Source of the DNA: Spirulina sp.
GTDB taxonomy: Bacteria > Cyanobacteriota > Cyanobacteriia > Phormidesmidales > Phormidesmidaceae
Assembly (NCBI GenBank): GCA_044070495.1
Contig: JBIPSI010000013.1
Location: 32,001-96,000 of the forward strand
Direction of reading: 5' to 3'
DNA: 64,000 bases
This document shows, piece by piece, positions 39,575 to 48,925 of the stretch (positions are counted from its first letter, which is position 1; each line of letters opens with the position of its first letter). The position numbers and the translations under genes were made by a program. Below the pieces are notes generated by a model, which was not told where the DNA came from, ran no database searches, and worked only from the letters and a program-made list of their open reading frames with translations.

Positions 39575-41377
39575 TTAGAGAAGAGGAATTTCAATTCTTC
39601 TGTGAAAGTCTTGTTTGCTTGTAGCATGGCAAACTTGATCGAGTGCCATCTCAATGCCATGAACCGTTGTGTGAAACGTTGCTTCGTTATGGGCATAGCT
39701 GGGCAGCATAATACCATTATAGGTAACGATACCTGCCTTAAGGAGTTCTTGATAGTAGAGGGTACGCTTAAGTCTGAGTAGCTCTGGAGAGGGTTCATCA
39801 AACACTAATCCCATCCGAAAGGGCGGTCCAAGGCACTGAGCGCCTACACTACGCTCATAACAGAGAGCGTTAATTCTTGTTTGCAGCTTTTTCCCATAAT
39901 CCCAAATGAAGTCGGCTATGGGCTCTGAACGATAGATTTCAATAGCAGCCTTGGCCGCTGCAAAGGAATACATCTCGCCCTTAAAGGTAGGTCCATAGTG
40001 GGTTTGCCCCATGCTTTTACGAAAAATTTCTGCCCTTCCCACTAGCGCCGAAAGCGGCATACCAGAGGCAATCGCCTTTCCTAGGCAAGCCAAATCGGGT
40101 ACTACACCCGTTGCCCGTTGCACACTTCCCCCTGGATAGCGATAGCCCGTAACGATTTCATCGAAAATGAGAAGGGCACCCGCTTGACGAGTTTTCTCGG
40201 CAATGGTCTGGAGGAACTCGGTGCTAGCATCTTGGAAATGTCCCTGTATTGATTGAGCTGGGCCTGCGGGTTCCAGCATGACCGCCGCTAGGTCATCTCG
40301 ATAACGTTCATAGAGGCAATTGAAATCCTCTAGGTCGTTGAATTTAAAGGCATGGATTAAGGCTTCAGGTCGATCTGGAATACCCGTAAACTCAAAGCCC
40401 ATACGCTCTACCCAAAAGTCTTGCCAGCCGTGATAACCGCTACAGAGAATAATCCTTTTGCCGGTATAAGCCCTCGATAAACGAGCTGCGACTGTACAAA
40501 CATCGGAACCATTTTTCCCAAATACAACCATTTCTGCACAGGGAAAATCATCTATGAGCATTTGGGAAACTTCCATTTCCAGACCATAGGGAAATGGCGT
40601 CACGGCACCCGTATCTAAAACTGATCGAATTGCATCCTGTATGCGCTGATCAGCATAGCCTAAGAGATAGCACCCCCAACCCATGACGTAGTCAATATAG
40701 GTCTGATTTTGAGAATCCCAGATATGACATCCTTGAGCTTTGGAGACAAAGACAGGAAAGGTATTTCCTGATCGTCCTTGCCAGATACCCCCAGTGGGTT
40801 GGTAAAACCACGGGTTGACCTGCCTTGATAGGCTGACTAACATTGAGGTTTCACTCGGATTGCCTTGGGTCACCCATACCGAAATTCTCAGCGGATCTGC
40901 CCCCTGGTCAGAAAATCGAGTAACGTTTTGCTGAACTAGATCAACAATTAATTCGTGGTCGCCCACTACATTGGGAATCGTTATTGAAAAATAAATCTCC
41001 ACACGCTCTCCTGGAAGAACTTGCCCTCGGGGAAAAGGAAGGGTCAACAGGACTTGGCGATCAAATTGAACAAATACATTCACTGGCTGGGTAGCATCTG
41101 TGGATAGCCAGGGAAAATTACCCTTATTTTCTAGGGCAACCCAAGCGCCATAGGTTTGACCAGCCATCACCTGATCTGGGATATCACTATCGATGAAATT
41201 AACCCTGTAACGATTCTGTCTAGATGGCGACTCCGCAACGCTTTCAAAGCTATCGATTTGAATCGGGCTTTCGATCAAGTTTTTCCTAAAATTATCTGGG
41301 TTTATTGCCGCTAGTTTTGTGACAACAATTTTAGACCTAAAGGCTTTTATGATTTGCTCAAAAAAAGAATGCTTCAT
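39575..41377 (-). CDS. Class III (GSA-aminomutase-like) PLP aminotransferase with N-terminal Ig-like domain
   Basis: YIDYVMGWG, KNGSD, GYHGWQD, LIFDEIVTGYR, DLACLGKAIASG; GAAGGG RBS before ATG 41377. Confidence 0.88.
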   Translation of the reverse strand: MKHSFFEQIIKAFRSKIVVTKLAAINPDNFRKNLIESPIQIDSFESVAESPSRQNRYRVNFIDSDIPDQVMAGQTYGAWVALENKGNFPWLSTDATQPVNVFVQFDRQVLLTLPFPRGQVLPGERVEIYFSITIPNVVGDHELIVDLVQQNVTRFSDQGADPLRISVWVTQGNPSETSMLVSLSRQVNPWFYQPTGGIWQGRSGNTFPVFVSKAQGCHIWDSQNQTYIDYVMGWGCYLLGYADQRIQDAIRSVLDTGAVTPFPYGLEMEVSQMLIDDFPCAEMVVFGKNGSDVCTVAARLSRAYTGKRIILCSGYHGWQDFWVERMGFEFTGIPDRPEALIHAFKFNDLEDFNCLYERYRDDLAAVMLEPAGPAQSIQGHFQDASTEFLQTIAEKTRQAGALLIFDEIVTGYRYPGGSVQRATGVVPDLACLGKAIASGMPLSALVGRAEIFRKSMGQTHYGPTFKGEMYSFAAAKAAIEIYRSEPIADFIWDYGKKLQTRINALCYERSVGAQCLGPPFRMGLVFDEPSPELLRLKRTLYYQELLKAGIVTYNGIMLPSYAHNEATFHTTVHGIEMALDQVCHATSKQDFHRRIEIPLL

Positions 41378-41448
41378 GATCGGCCCTTCAGTTTGGTTAA
41401 CAGCAAGCCATGACTTCCATTGAGGGCAGCATAATATCACCACAAAAC

Positions 41449-43017
41449 CTAAGATGCTGGACTTGCTACAGTCAAATCATCTGTGACCTCGATGATCGAT
41501 GAGTCAATTTGAGTGGAGCCTATAGGATGCTCATGGGAATCATCAACGTTTACCAGAACAAATTGAACTTTATATAATCCTTTAGGCCAGCTTGGAGTAA
41601 GATCGAAGGTGAGATGCGTTCGCGTTCCGGGATGAACATCGTGGCGTAGAGAGACGGATTTCTCTAGTTGTCCATTGATGAGAATATTTAATCTTGTTTT
41701 TGGGAACGTACTTTTGAGCCAGGTTTCTTGCCCAGCATTATGGAGATAAAATTGACAGGAAACAGGGTTAGAAACCGAGACGTGTTTCGGAATAGATCGA
41801 CTAACAACCTGAACTCTAAAGTCTCCATCAATCAAACTCGTGTTTAATTCTGCTGGGAGTTTTGGAAGAAGTTTTTTATTCCTCAGGTCTTGCATGTGGC
41901 TGTGAATATCAATCAAGCTATTAGGAATATTTATGCCATAGGGACAGTGGCAGGTCTGCTCTTCGCACGTACGACAAACGGCTGAATCTTGAGGATGGAG
42001 GTGAAAATACCGACATTCATCGATGGTTTCAAAGGTTTCTGAAGGGTAGTGGTTTATGTAAGCGTCACGAAATAGCCAAGATACGGGCAGAGATTGACTA
42101 CATAATGTATCGCAGTAACCGCAGCGACTACATAGGGAAGTCTGCATTTCCTGAACGCTGGTTTGCACAACCAGGTTGCTCTCTAAGGGGTCGCTTGAAG
42201 TTTCATAACCAGCCAAGGCGTTCTCTTCTGCTTCAGTGATGGAGGCTGTCCCTGGTACAACCCCACAAACTCCAGGTTGGTTGAGGATAAATCGTAAGAC
42301 TTGACTAGCGCTTAGGGGCGTAGACTCCGTTGAGAATCGATGCCTGGAAGGAAAGGCTTTGCCTGGAACTAGCAAGCCTCCGGCCAAGGGCTTCATGATT
42401 AAGAGACTAATCTGATGTTGTTGCGCTAGGGGAAAGATATCACGGCGAGTTTCAGGGATATTTTCAAAGGCTTTGCTGCTGTCAGGATGGTAGGACAGCA
42501 GGTGAAAGCCAAGGGGATTGTAGGCCAACATTAGTGCATCAAAAACACCTGATTTTATTAATTTCTTCAGGTAGTCTGGATTGCCATGGGTCGTACAAAA
42601 GATACTACCTAGTCTTCCCTCTTCTTTCTTAGTAATCAGAAAATCGATAATGCCGTCAGGCTCCCACACGGGTTCTTGAAGATACTCACGGTCATCAATA
42701 CAGGCAATGCCAAACACCTCAAGTCGATCTTTCTTGAATTTTCGACAGGTTTCCTCAAATAAGTACTCAAAATGAGGGCGATCCCCATAGCCCTGGGTAA
42801 ATACTAGAACCGATTTCTGAGCTTCAGCAATGGCTTGGGCAACTAGGTCGTCAGTCCCTTCATAATCTGGGGCGGTATGAACCCAATTAACTCCTAACTC
42901 AAAGCCTCGCTTGAGGGTGTCGATGGCCTGCTGTTCTGGTACTAAACGTAGCTGACAGGTGCCAAAACCAACGGTGCTGATCCAAAGATCTGTTTTTCCA
43001 AGGCGACGATACCGCAT
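41449..43017 (-). CDS. Aldo/keto reductase with 4Fe-4S-type Cys motifs and C-terminal Ig-like domain
   Basis: MRYRRLGKTDL.ISTVGFG, HTAPDY, IMKPLAGG; CSRCGYC...C and CRTCEEQTCHCPYGINIP. Confidence 0.85.
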   Translation of the reverse strand: MRYRRLGKTDLWISTVGFGTCQLRLVPEQQAIDTLKRGFELGVNWVHTAPDYEGTDDLVAQAIAEAQKSVLVFTQGYGDRPHFEYLFEETCRKFKKDRLEVFGIACIDDREYLQEPVWEPDGIIDFLITKKEEGRLGSIFCTTHGNPDYLKKLIKSGVFDALMLAYNPLGFHLLSYHPDSSKAFENIPETRRDIFPLAQQHQISLLIMKPLAGGLLVPGKAFPSRHRFSTESTPLSASQVLRFILNQPGVCGVVPGTASITEAEENALAGYETSSDPLESNLVVQTSVQEMQTSLCSRCGYCDTLCSQSLPVSWLFRDAYINHYPSETFETIDECRYFHLHPQDSAVCRTCEEQTCHCPYGINIPNSLIDIHSHMQDLRNKKLLPKLPAELNTSLIDGDFRVQVVSRSIPKHVSVSNPVSCQFYLHNAGQETWLKSTFPKTRLNILINGQLEKSVSLRHDVHPGTRTHLTFDLTPSWPKGLYKVQFVLVNVDDSHEHPIGSTQIDSSIIEVTDDLTVASPAS

Positions 43018-43290
43018 GGCAGGAATCCCATCGACGCTGCTATCAATACCCTAGACACTTTGCTAGGTAAGTGCTAAAGCCCTTGATCTCTCATTGACTA
43101 GATCAGGGCTAAATATGCCTGAGATTTGGATTTTACTGTTGTTCCTCAAAAAACTGACTGAGGTGTTGTTTTCTGTAACATTGCTGAGCAGAACTTAACA
43201 GCTTTACATGGCAATTGTCCATGCCACTCCGTCGGTGGGACGAATTAGAGCCTGTGATCCAAGGTGTATAGCCGATTAGTGTGATTAATT

Positions 43291-43439
43291 TATAGCGGTT
43301 CTCGATAGCATGAGATACACCACTGCTGAGTTCTAGATCCCCCCAGTGCCTAGTAGTCTAAGTTCACGCTATCCCCCCCTTTTTAAGGGGGGCAGGGGGG
43401 ATCATCGCCATGTACTTGACCCGTGTGAAATCCGCTATA
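43291..43439. mobile_element. Degenerate MITE-like element (TATAGCGG termini) enclosing a C-run/G-run palindrome
   Basis: tatagcgg...ccgctata; internal ccccccc-ttttta-agggggg; 13-bp direct repeat tagtgYgattaat on both sides. Confidence 0.6.
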
Positions 43440-43526
43440 GTGCGATTAATACTAATGAGATTCATCTAAACGGTATTTCCCCGAAGGGGTGAAGGGCCGT
43501 AATCGGGATAGAATCTGGGCCTTGAC

Positions 43527-44345
43527 CTAGAGGAGTTGGTGGGCCAAGATCACCGCCCAGATGAGCACCAACACCTCTGTCCACTCTACGGTGGCTCCAT
43601 AGGTATCCCCCGTATGACCACCCAGGCGACGATTCAGATCAAACCCTACCAGCATGGCTAGAACTAGTCCCCCAGCCCAAACCCCCAGCGCCAAGAAGCC
43701 CTGATCGGGGTCGATCCCGATCCATAGGCCCAGGGCTAATACAGTCGCTCCTAGGCCGCTCATCACCGCTGGGAGTGGTTGCAAATGGGGTTTGTGGAAG
43801 GCTCCCTTGCCTGCGGCTTTGAGGTAGGAATAGCGAAGGATAGCCACCACCTGCCCCCACCGTCCCCAGAGGGCCGCTAGGATGATGCTTCCCGGTCGCC
43901 CTCCGACTAAATCGGCTAGGGCTAGGGTTTTGAGCCCCAAAATGGCAATGGCTGCCATGACTCCAAAGGCTCCGCTGTGGCTGTCGGCCATCACCGCTAG
44001 CCGCCGGTTGGGATCTTGTACGGCTAGCCCATCGGCGGTATCCATGGCCCCATCCAGGTGCAGCCCGCCCGTCAGCCACAGCCACAGCCCCACCACCAGA
44101 GCACTACACAGCAGGGTTGACAGTCCGAGGCGTTGCAAGGCCCAGTCTACTCCGGCGAGACCTAGGCCCAGCCCCAGGCCAATCCACGGTGCTAGGGCGG
44201 CAATGCCTTCAAACTGGGGCTTCCACCACCGAGGCAGGGGCAGAATCGTATAGAAAATAATGGCCCCTCCCAACTGTGCCCATCCACGGGCTAGGGCGGC
44301 CAAGACTGAGCGGTGACGGGACTTCAAGGACAGCGCTCCTACCAA
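43527..44345 (-). CDS. cobS: Adenosylcobinamide-GDP ribazoletransferase
   Basis: TGGLHLDGAMDTADG, MADSHSGAFG, GGHTGDTYGA. Confidence 0.95.
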   Translation of the reverse strand: MVGALSLKSRHRSVLAALARGWAQLGGAIIFYTILPLPRWWKPQFEGIAALAPWIGLGLGLGLAGVDWALQRLGLSTLLCSALVVGLWLWLTGGLHLDGAMDTADGLAVQDPNRRLAVMADSHSGAFGVMAAIAILGLKTLALADLVGGRPGSIILAALWGRWGQVVAILRYSYLKAAGKGAFHKPHLQPLPAVMSGLGATVLALGLWIGIDPDQGFLALGVWAGGLVLAMLVGFDLNRRLGGHTGDTYGATVEWTEVLVLIWAVILAHQLL

Positions 44346-44573
44346 AGTGGGCTTACGGCTACAGGCCTATGGTGCGTTAGATCGGCCTAGGGTTAGCGCT
44401 ATCCGTGGCCCCCGATCCTGATGAATCGGGATGCAGGGGATGAGGTGGGGCCAGCCCTAGTTGCGATCCGATGATCCCCTAACCGATTCCCTTCGGAGAA
44501 CTCCGGTTTATGGGGGGCTGCTTTATGGATGAGACGCCCTATATGGGAAGCCTGTATGGGACTCTAATTTGTG

Positions 44574-44609
44574 CAACTCTGCCGCCTAAATCAACTCTGC
44601 CGCCTAAAT
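44574..44609. repeat. Perfect 18-bp tandem duplication
   Basis: caactctgccgcctaaat x2. Confidence 0.9.
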
Positions 44610-44848
44610 GACGACGCCGGAAAATTCCTAGGTATAACAAAATATTTCAGCACAATTACGTAGATACCGATGGCCTGCCAAAATTCCCTCTGGAGGCGGC
44701 TTTTGCCCTAATAAACCCACCCTTGGCCCCAGGAAACGCTAGAAAGGGCAGATCATTCCCAGAGATATCGAGTATCGTGGATGTAGAGCGGCGGGGGCAA
44801 AGCTTGCTCAACCTGCTCCACGGATTGCCGTAGCGTGGTTAAAAATCT

Positions 44849-45304
44849 ATGAGTCACGAGCGTGTTAGAGACCTAGGCACCCTCGCACCCTGCTTGGTAG
44901 ACACGGGCATGGTGGTTAATAAGGCCGATATGCTTAGGTTGCTCCAAGATCTCGGCCAGGTAAGCTACAGCCATCTTGAGGATGATCGGATTCTGTCCGC
45001 CGATCAAGGGTTGATCATGGAAGTTTTTGCCGATCCTCAGCAGGCCACCCTCGTTGCTAACCATACGCTTTATATCAACGTTCACAGTTTCGATTACCTC
45101 GAAATGGGGAAAAGTGACGGTGAACAAAGCCACTTCGACCTCGTTCAAGACAACCGACGGCTGCGATTGGTTCCCCTATCTGACCCCATGAAGGAGCACA
45201 TCACTCGCTCCGTCAACACTGCCGCCCTGGAGGCCATGGTGGCAGATGCCCTGTCGGCCAGTTGGGATGCCTGTCTGGATGACGACCGTAATTTCCTCGA
45301 CTAG
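44849..45304 (+). CDS. Conserved hypothetical protein
   Basis: Clean ORF with protein-like composition (EVFADPQQATLVANHTLYINVHSFDYL); function not recognised. Confidence 0.75.
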   Translation: MSHERVRDLGTLAPCLVDTGMVVNKADMLRLLQDLGQVSYSHLEDDRILSADQGLIMEVFADPQQATLVANHTLYINVHSFDYLEMGKSDGEQSHFDLVQDNRRLRLVPLSDPMKEHITRSVNTAALEAMVADALSASWDACLDDDRNFLD

Positions 45305-45611
45305 CGGGGGCTGCGCTGGGCCGTGGCGGTAATGCGGTTAGATTGTACCGGAGGTTTCAAAAAACGGATCACTTTTTTGCGGCTATTTTGCAGAATTTAG
45401 TTTGCAGAATTGATTCGCCCTAGGGATCAAGACGCCACAAAAAATTCCCTAGGTATCCCCAGGGGTGGTGATATGCCAAAACTGGCCATACCCAATCCGA
45501 GGCCAAACACCCTGAGGCCCAACCCGAAAAACCTTAGGGATGAGGTCTTCTCGCCCACACTATCGAGGATAACGGGGGTAAGCAAGCCGGACTTAGCATC
45601 ATCTCCTAGGG

Positions 45612-47279
45612 CTAGTCGGAGTTGATAAGCGCTTCGACGGTAGGGGGCAGGGTTCTGACCTGGTGTCGGCGGAAGGGATCGGCACTCACGGCTTCGACGT
45701 AGCTGGCTTGGAGGAAGGGGGCATAGGCTTGGTTGCCAGCACCGTAGACCTGGGTAAACGCCACAATCAAGGATCGGTTGACCCCTCGCGTCATGCCGAG
45801 GGCTTCATCAATGCCCTGCTCTAGATTTTGGTCGAAGTCGAGGAGTTGGCTGAGGGATCGGGTAAATTCGGGGCCGTGGGAGGTGTTATCCGCCAGGTAG
45901 AGGTAGCGGTCGGGGGTGGTGAGCCAGCCAAAGGCCGCGACCTGCTGGGGTACCACGGGGGCTACCACGTCTAGGGCACCGCCGGAAATCACCACGGGGC
46001 GCTGAATGGCGGCCATCCCCTGGGGGCCAAACAAATTAGAGACGGTGGCGAAGGCCATCACCAGGGCCACTCGGTCATCCTGAACGCCCGTTTCGCCAAG
46101 TTGTTGGATCACATCGGGCTGCGACCGTAGCTCTAGGGCACGACATTCCAACAGCAGGGCCGCATCGGCCAGGAGATTGGCCTCGAGATCGCAGCGCTGG
46201 GCCAAGCGCTCGAAGTCGATGGTGGCTCCGGCCAGGGCGAGGGCCGTGTAGCCACCGAAGGAGTGGCCTGCGACCACCACGCGATCCAAGGCAAGGCGAC
46301 CGCCAAAGTCGGAGGCATTGCGGCGGCTGAGTTCATCTAGCAAAAACCGAATATCCAGGGGCCGATCTAGAAATTCCTGGGGACTAAAGCTTTCTCGCAC
46401 CAGCCCGCTCAGCATGGCCTGCTGCTGGGCATAGTTGCTGCCAATGTGTTCCGGTAAGGCCACCACAAAACCATGGGAGGCCGCGTGGGTGGCGATATCG
46501 AGAAAGCTTTGGGGCCGATCCCCCAGCCCGTGGGAAAGCACCAGCACGGGGATGGGGCCGGGAAGATTGGCGAGATCCTGGGGCACGACCACTTCCACGG
46601 GGTAGGTGCGATTGCGGGAGGGATCGGTGAGGCTTAGGGAAAGCTGACGACTACCGTGGGGGCCGGGTTGGATGATGTCGGGCAGGCGGCTGAGGTCGAT
46701 GGGCTGCTGGGCGGCCTCCTGCCGCGCCTGGGATCGCACCGCCTCCACCACCACCTGGGTAGTTTCGGCTTCGTCGAGGGTTTGCTGGGCATTCCGCAGC
46801 AGTTGGGCCAAGTCTAGGCGCAGGGTGCCGGTGGGAAAGTGGCGGATTACGTCTAGGAAGGAGAGGGTGCCATCCTCGGCGGCGGCGGCAATCAGGGCGG
46901 ATCGGAGGGCCTGCTGGCCGTTCAACCGAGCATCCGTGCGAACCACCTTGCCCAAAAACAGCAGGGATCGTTCCCCCATGGGATCGTGGAACCACTGACT
47001 GAGGGGAATCAGATCCACCTCTCGGCTAGCGTTGAGACCCGCCCGAAACCCCTCTTTCTGGTCGGCACTGAGGCGACGCAACAGCGGAGCTAATTCAGAA
47101 TTGGCCTCATTGCCCTCGGCAAACTCCACCAGGGCCGATACGGGCACCGAACGACTAAAGGGGCCGAACTCCAAAACGACGGTTTCCGCCGCCTGGATGG
47201 CAGCCTGTCCCCCTAGCCCCACGCCCACCGTTGCTGCCAGCGTTCCCAAAACAGACTTGCCCAGCCGCCCTATGCCCAT
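45612..47279 (-). CDS. Alpha/beta hydrolase with DUF1400 N-terminal domain
   Basis: Signal peptide; SHGLG, GHSFGG, DVVAP, SH. Confidence 0.9.
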   Translation of the reverse strand: MGIGRLGKSVLGTLAATVGVGLGGQAAIQAAETVVLEFGPFSRSVPVSALVEFAEGNEANSELAPLLRRLSADQKEGFRAGLNASREVDLIPLSQWFHDPMGERSLLFLGKVVRTDARLNGQQALRSALIAAAAEDGTLSFLDVIRHFPTGTLRLDLAQLLRNAQQTLDEAETTQVVVEAVRSQARQEAAQQPIDLSRLPDIIQPGPHGSRQLSLSLTDPSRNRTYPVEVVVPQDLANLPGPIPVLVLSHGLGDRPQSFLDIATHAASHGFVVALPEHIGSNYAQQQAMLSGLVRESFSPQEFLDRPLDIRFLLDELSRRNASDFGGRLALDRVVVAGHSFGGYTALALAGATIDFERLAQRCDLEANLLADAALLLECRALELRSQPDVIQQLGETGVQDDRVALVMAFATVSNLFGPQGMAAIQRPVVISGGALDVVAPVVPQQVAAFGWLTTPDRYLYLADNTSHGPEFTRSLSQLLDFDQNLEQGIDEALGMTRGVNRSLIVAFTQVYGAGNQAYAPFLQASYVEAVSADPFRRHQVRTLPPTVEALINSD

Positions 47280-47482
47280 GATGTTCCTTGCCCAGGTTGC
47301 ATGAAGTGCTAACTGAGTGTAGTCGGCCTCAGGCTATCCGTAAATGACTCAATCCGCCCGCAGAGGGATGCGATTCCACGCAAAACCTTTATGCATTGCT
47401 CCAAAGGAGAAACGTTCTGCCCCAGTTGGCCCAAACCTTGGCATGATGGGAGGGACTTTATTGCGAAACCGTCGATTGCCCC

Positions 47483-48880
47483 ATGTTGACCTCCCTCTGG
47501 CAGCAGTTAACCCTTTCCACCTTTGCCTTCGACCAGTGGCGACAGGTGAGCCTCATCCATCGTTTACTAGCCCCGCTGCGGCAGTGGCGACAGGGAAGTG
47601 GGCTGCTGCCCTGGGGAGACTGGATTGGGCTGGCCCTGGTGGCGATTATCTATATTCTGGCCCCCTACGTTTCTACGACGTTGATTGGCGTGCTGCTGTT
47701 GGCGGTGGCGGCCTTTTGGGTGTTGCTCACCCTCACCGATGAGGCCGGGGTGGGGATGACGCCCATCCATGTCACGGTTGCGGTGTTTTGGGGGGCGATG
47801 GCCCTAGCTACGGCGCTGTCTCCAGTGCGGGGGGCGGCGGTGAGTGGGTTAATTAAGCTCACCCTCAATATCCTGCTGTTCCTGCTGATTGCCCGGGTCA
47901 GCCGCCAACCCAAGGTCAGAAGCCTCTTAATTTTGTCCTATCTGTTCACCACCCTGCCCGTGGCCATCTACGGGCTGCGGCAGTATTTCTTTGGGGCTAC
48001 GGCCCTAGCCACCTGGGTCGATGCCAATTCCACCCTGGCCAATACCACCAGGGTCTACAGTTTTTTGGGCAACCCCAACCTGCTGGCGGGCTATCTCATT
48101 CCCGCCGTCATGTTTTCGGTGATGGCGGTATTTGCTTGGCCGCGCTGGGTGCCCAAGGGCTTGGCCGCTCTGACGGCGATGATCAACACCCTGTGTCTCA
48201 TCCTTACCCTGAGCCGGGGGGGCTGGATTGGCTTTTTGCTGGGCGGTTTTGTACTTTTGGCCCTGGCGGTGCAGTATTGGAGTCTGTGGTTTACCCCCTT
48301 TTGGAAACGCTGGGCCTTACCCCTGCTGTTGGGTGGTTCGGCGGCCTTTGTGGTGCTGGCAGTGATTTCCGTCGATGCCCTACGGGCGCGGGTGCTGAGC
48401 ATGTTTGTGGGGCGGGCCGACAGCAGCAATAACTTTCGGATGAATGTGTGGGCCGCCGTGCTAGAGATGATTCGCGACCGCCCTATCCTCGGCATTGGCC
48501 CCGGTAATGATGCCTTCAACGCCGTCTACCCCCTCTACCAACGCCCCCGCTACACCGCCCTCAGCGCCTACTCTGTCTTTTTAGAGGTGCTGGTGGAGGG
48601 CGGCATCGTGGCCTTTACCGCCTTTCTGTGGATGCTGTTGGTGGTGTTTCAGCAGGGCTGGGTGCAGCTCCAAAAACTGCGGGAAACCCAGGCTATCCAA
48701 GGCTATTGGCTGATGGGTGCCATCGCCTCCATGGTGGGCATTCTGGGCCAGGGCATCGCGGATACGGTGATGTATCGTCCCCAAATTAGTACGCTCTGGT
48801 GGCTCTCCATTGCCATTGTTGCCAGCTACTACCCCACCCTGCGCCAGGGCAAAGGGCAAGATTTTCGGTTAGATAGCTAA
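47483..48880 (+). CDS. ictB: IctB-family (O-antigen ligase-like) membrane protein
   Basis: RVYSFLGNPNLLAGYL, SRGGW, DSSNNFRMNVW, GIGPGN. Confidence 0.93.
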   Translation: MLTSLWQQLTLSTFAFDQWRQVSLIHRLLAPLRQWRQGSGLLPWGDWIGLALVAIIYILAPYVSTTLIGVLLLAVAAFWVLLTLTDEAGVGMTPIHVTVAVFWGAMALATALSPVRGAAVSGLIKLTLNILLFLLIARVSRQPKVRSLLILSYLFTTLPVAIYGLRQYFFGATALATWVDANSTLANTTRVYSFLGNPNLLAGYLIPAVMFSVMAVFAWPRWVPKGLAALTAMINTLCLILTLSRGGWIGFLLGGFVLLALAVQYWSLWFTPFWKRWALPLLLGGSAAFVVLAVISVDALRARVLSMFVGRADSSNNFRMNVWAAVLEMIRDRPILGIGPGNDAFNAVYPLYQRPRYTALSAYSVFLEVLVEGGIVAFTAFLWMLLVVFQQGWVQLQKLRETQAIQGYWLMGAIASMVGILGQGIADTVMYRPQISTLWWLSIAIVASYYPTLRQGKGQDFRLDS

Positions 48881-48925
48881 CCTCAGGAGAGCCAAAGGTT
48901 GTGTCGCCCTGATCGTACCGCTGAC

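Noticed and set aside
39575..41377. Calling the aminotransferase hemL
   Set aside because: Extra Ig-like domain, KNGSD/YHGWQD instead of HemL-type NSGTE/YHGH motifs, and island context.
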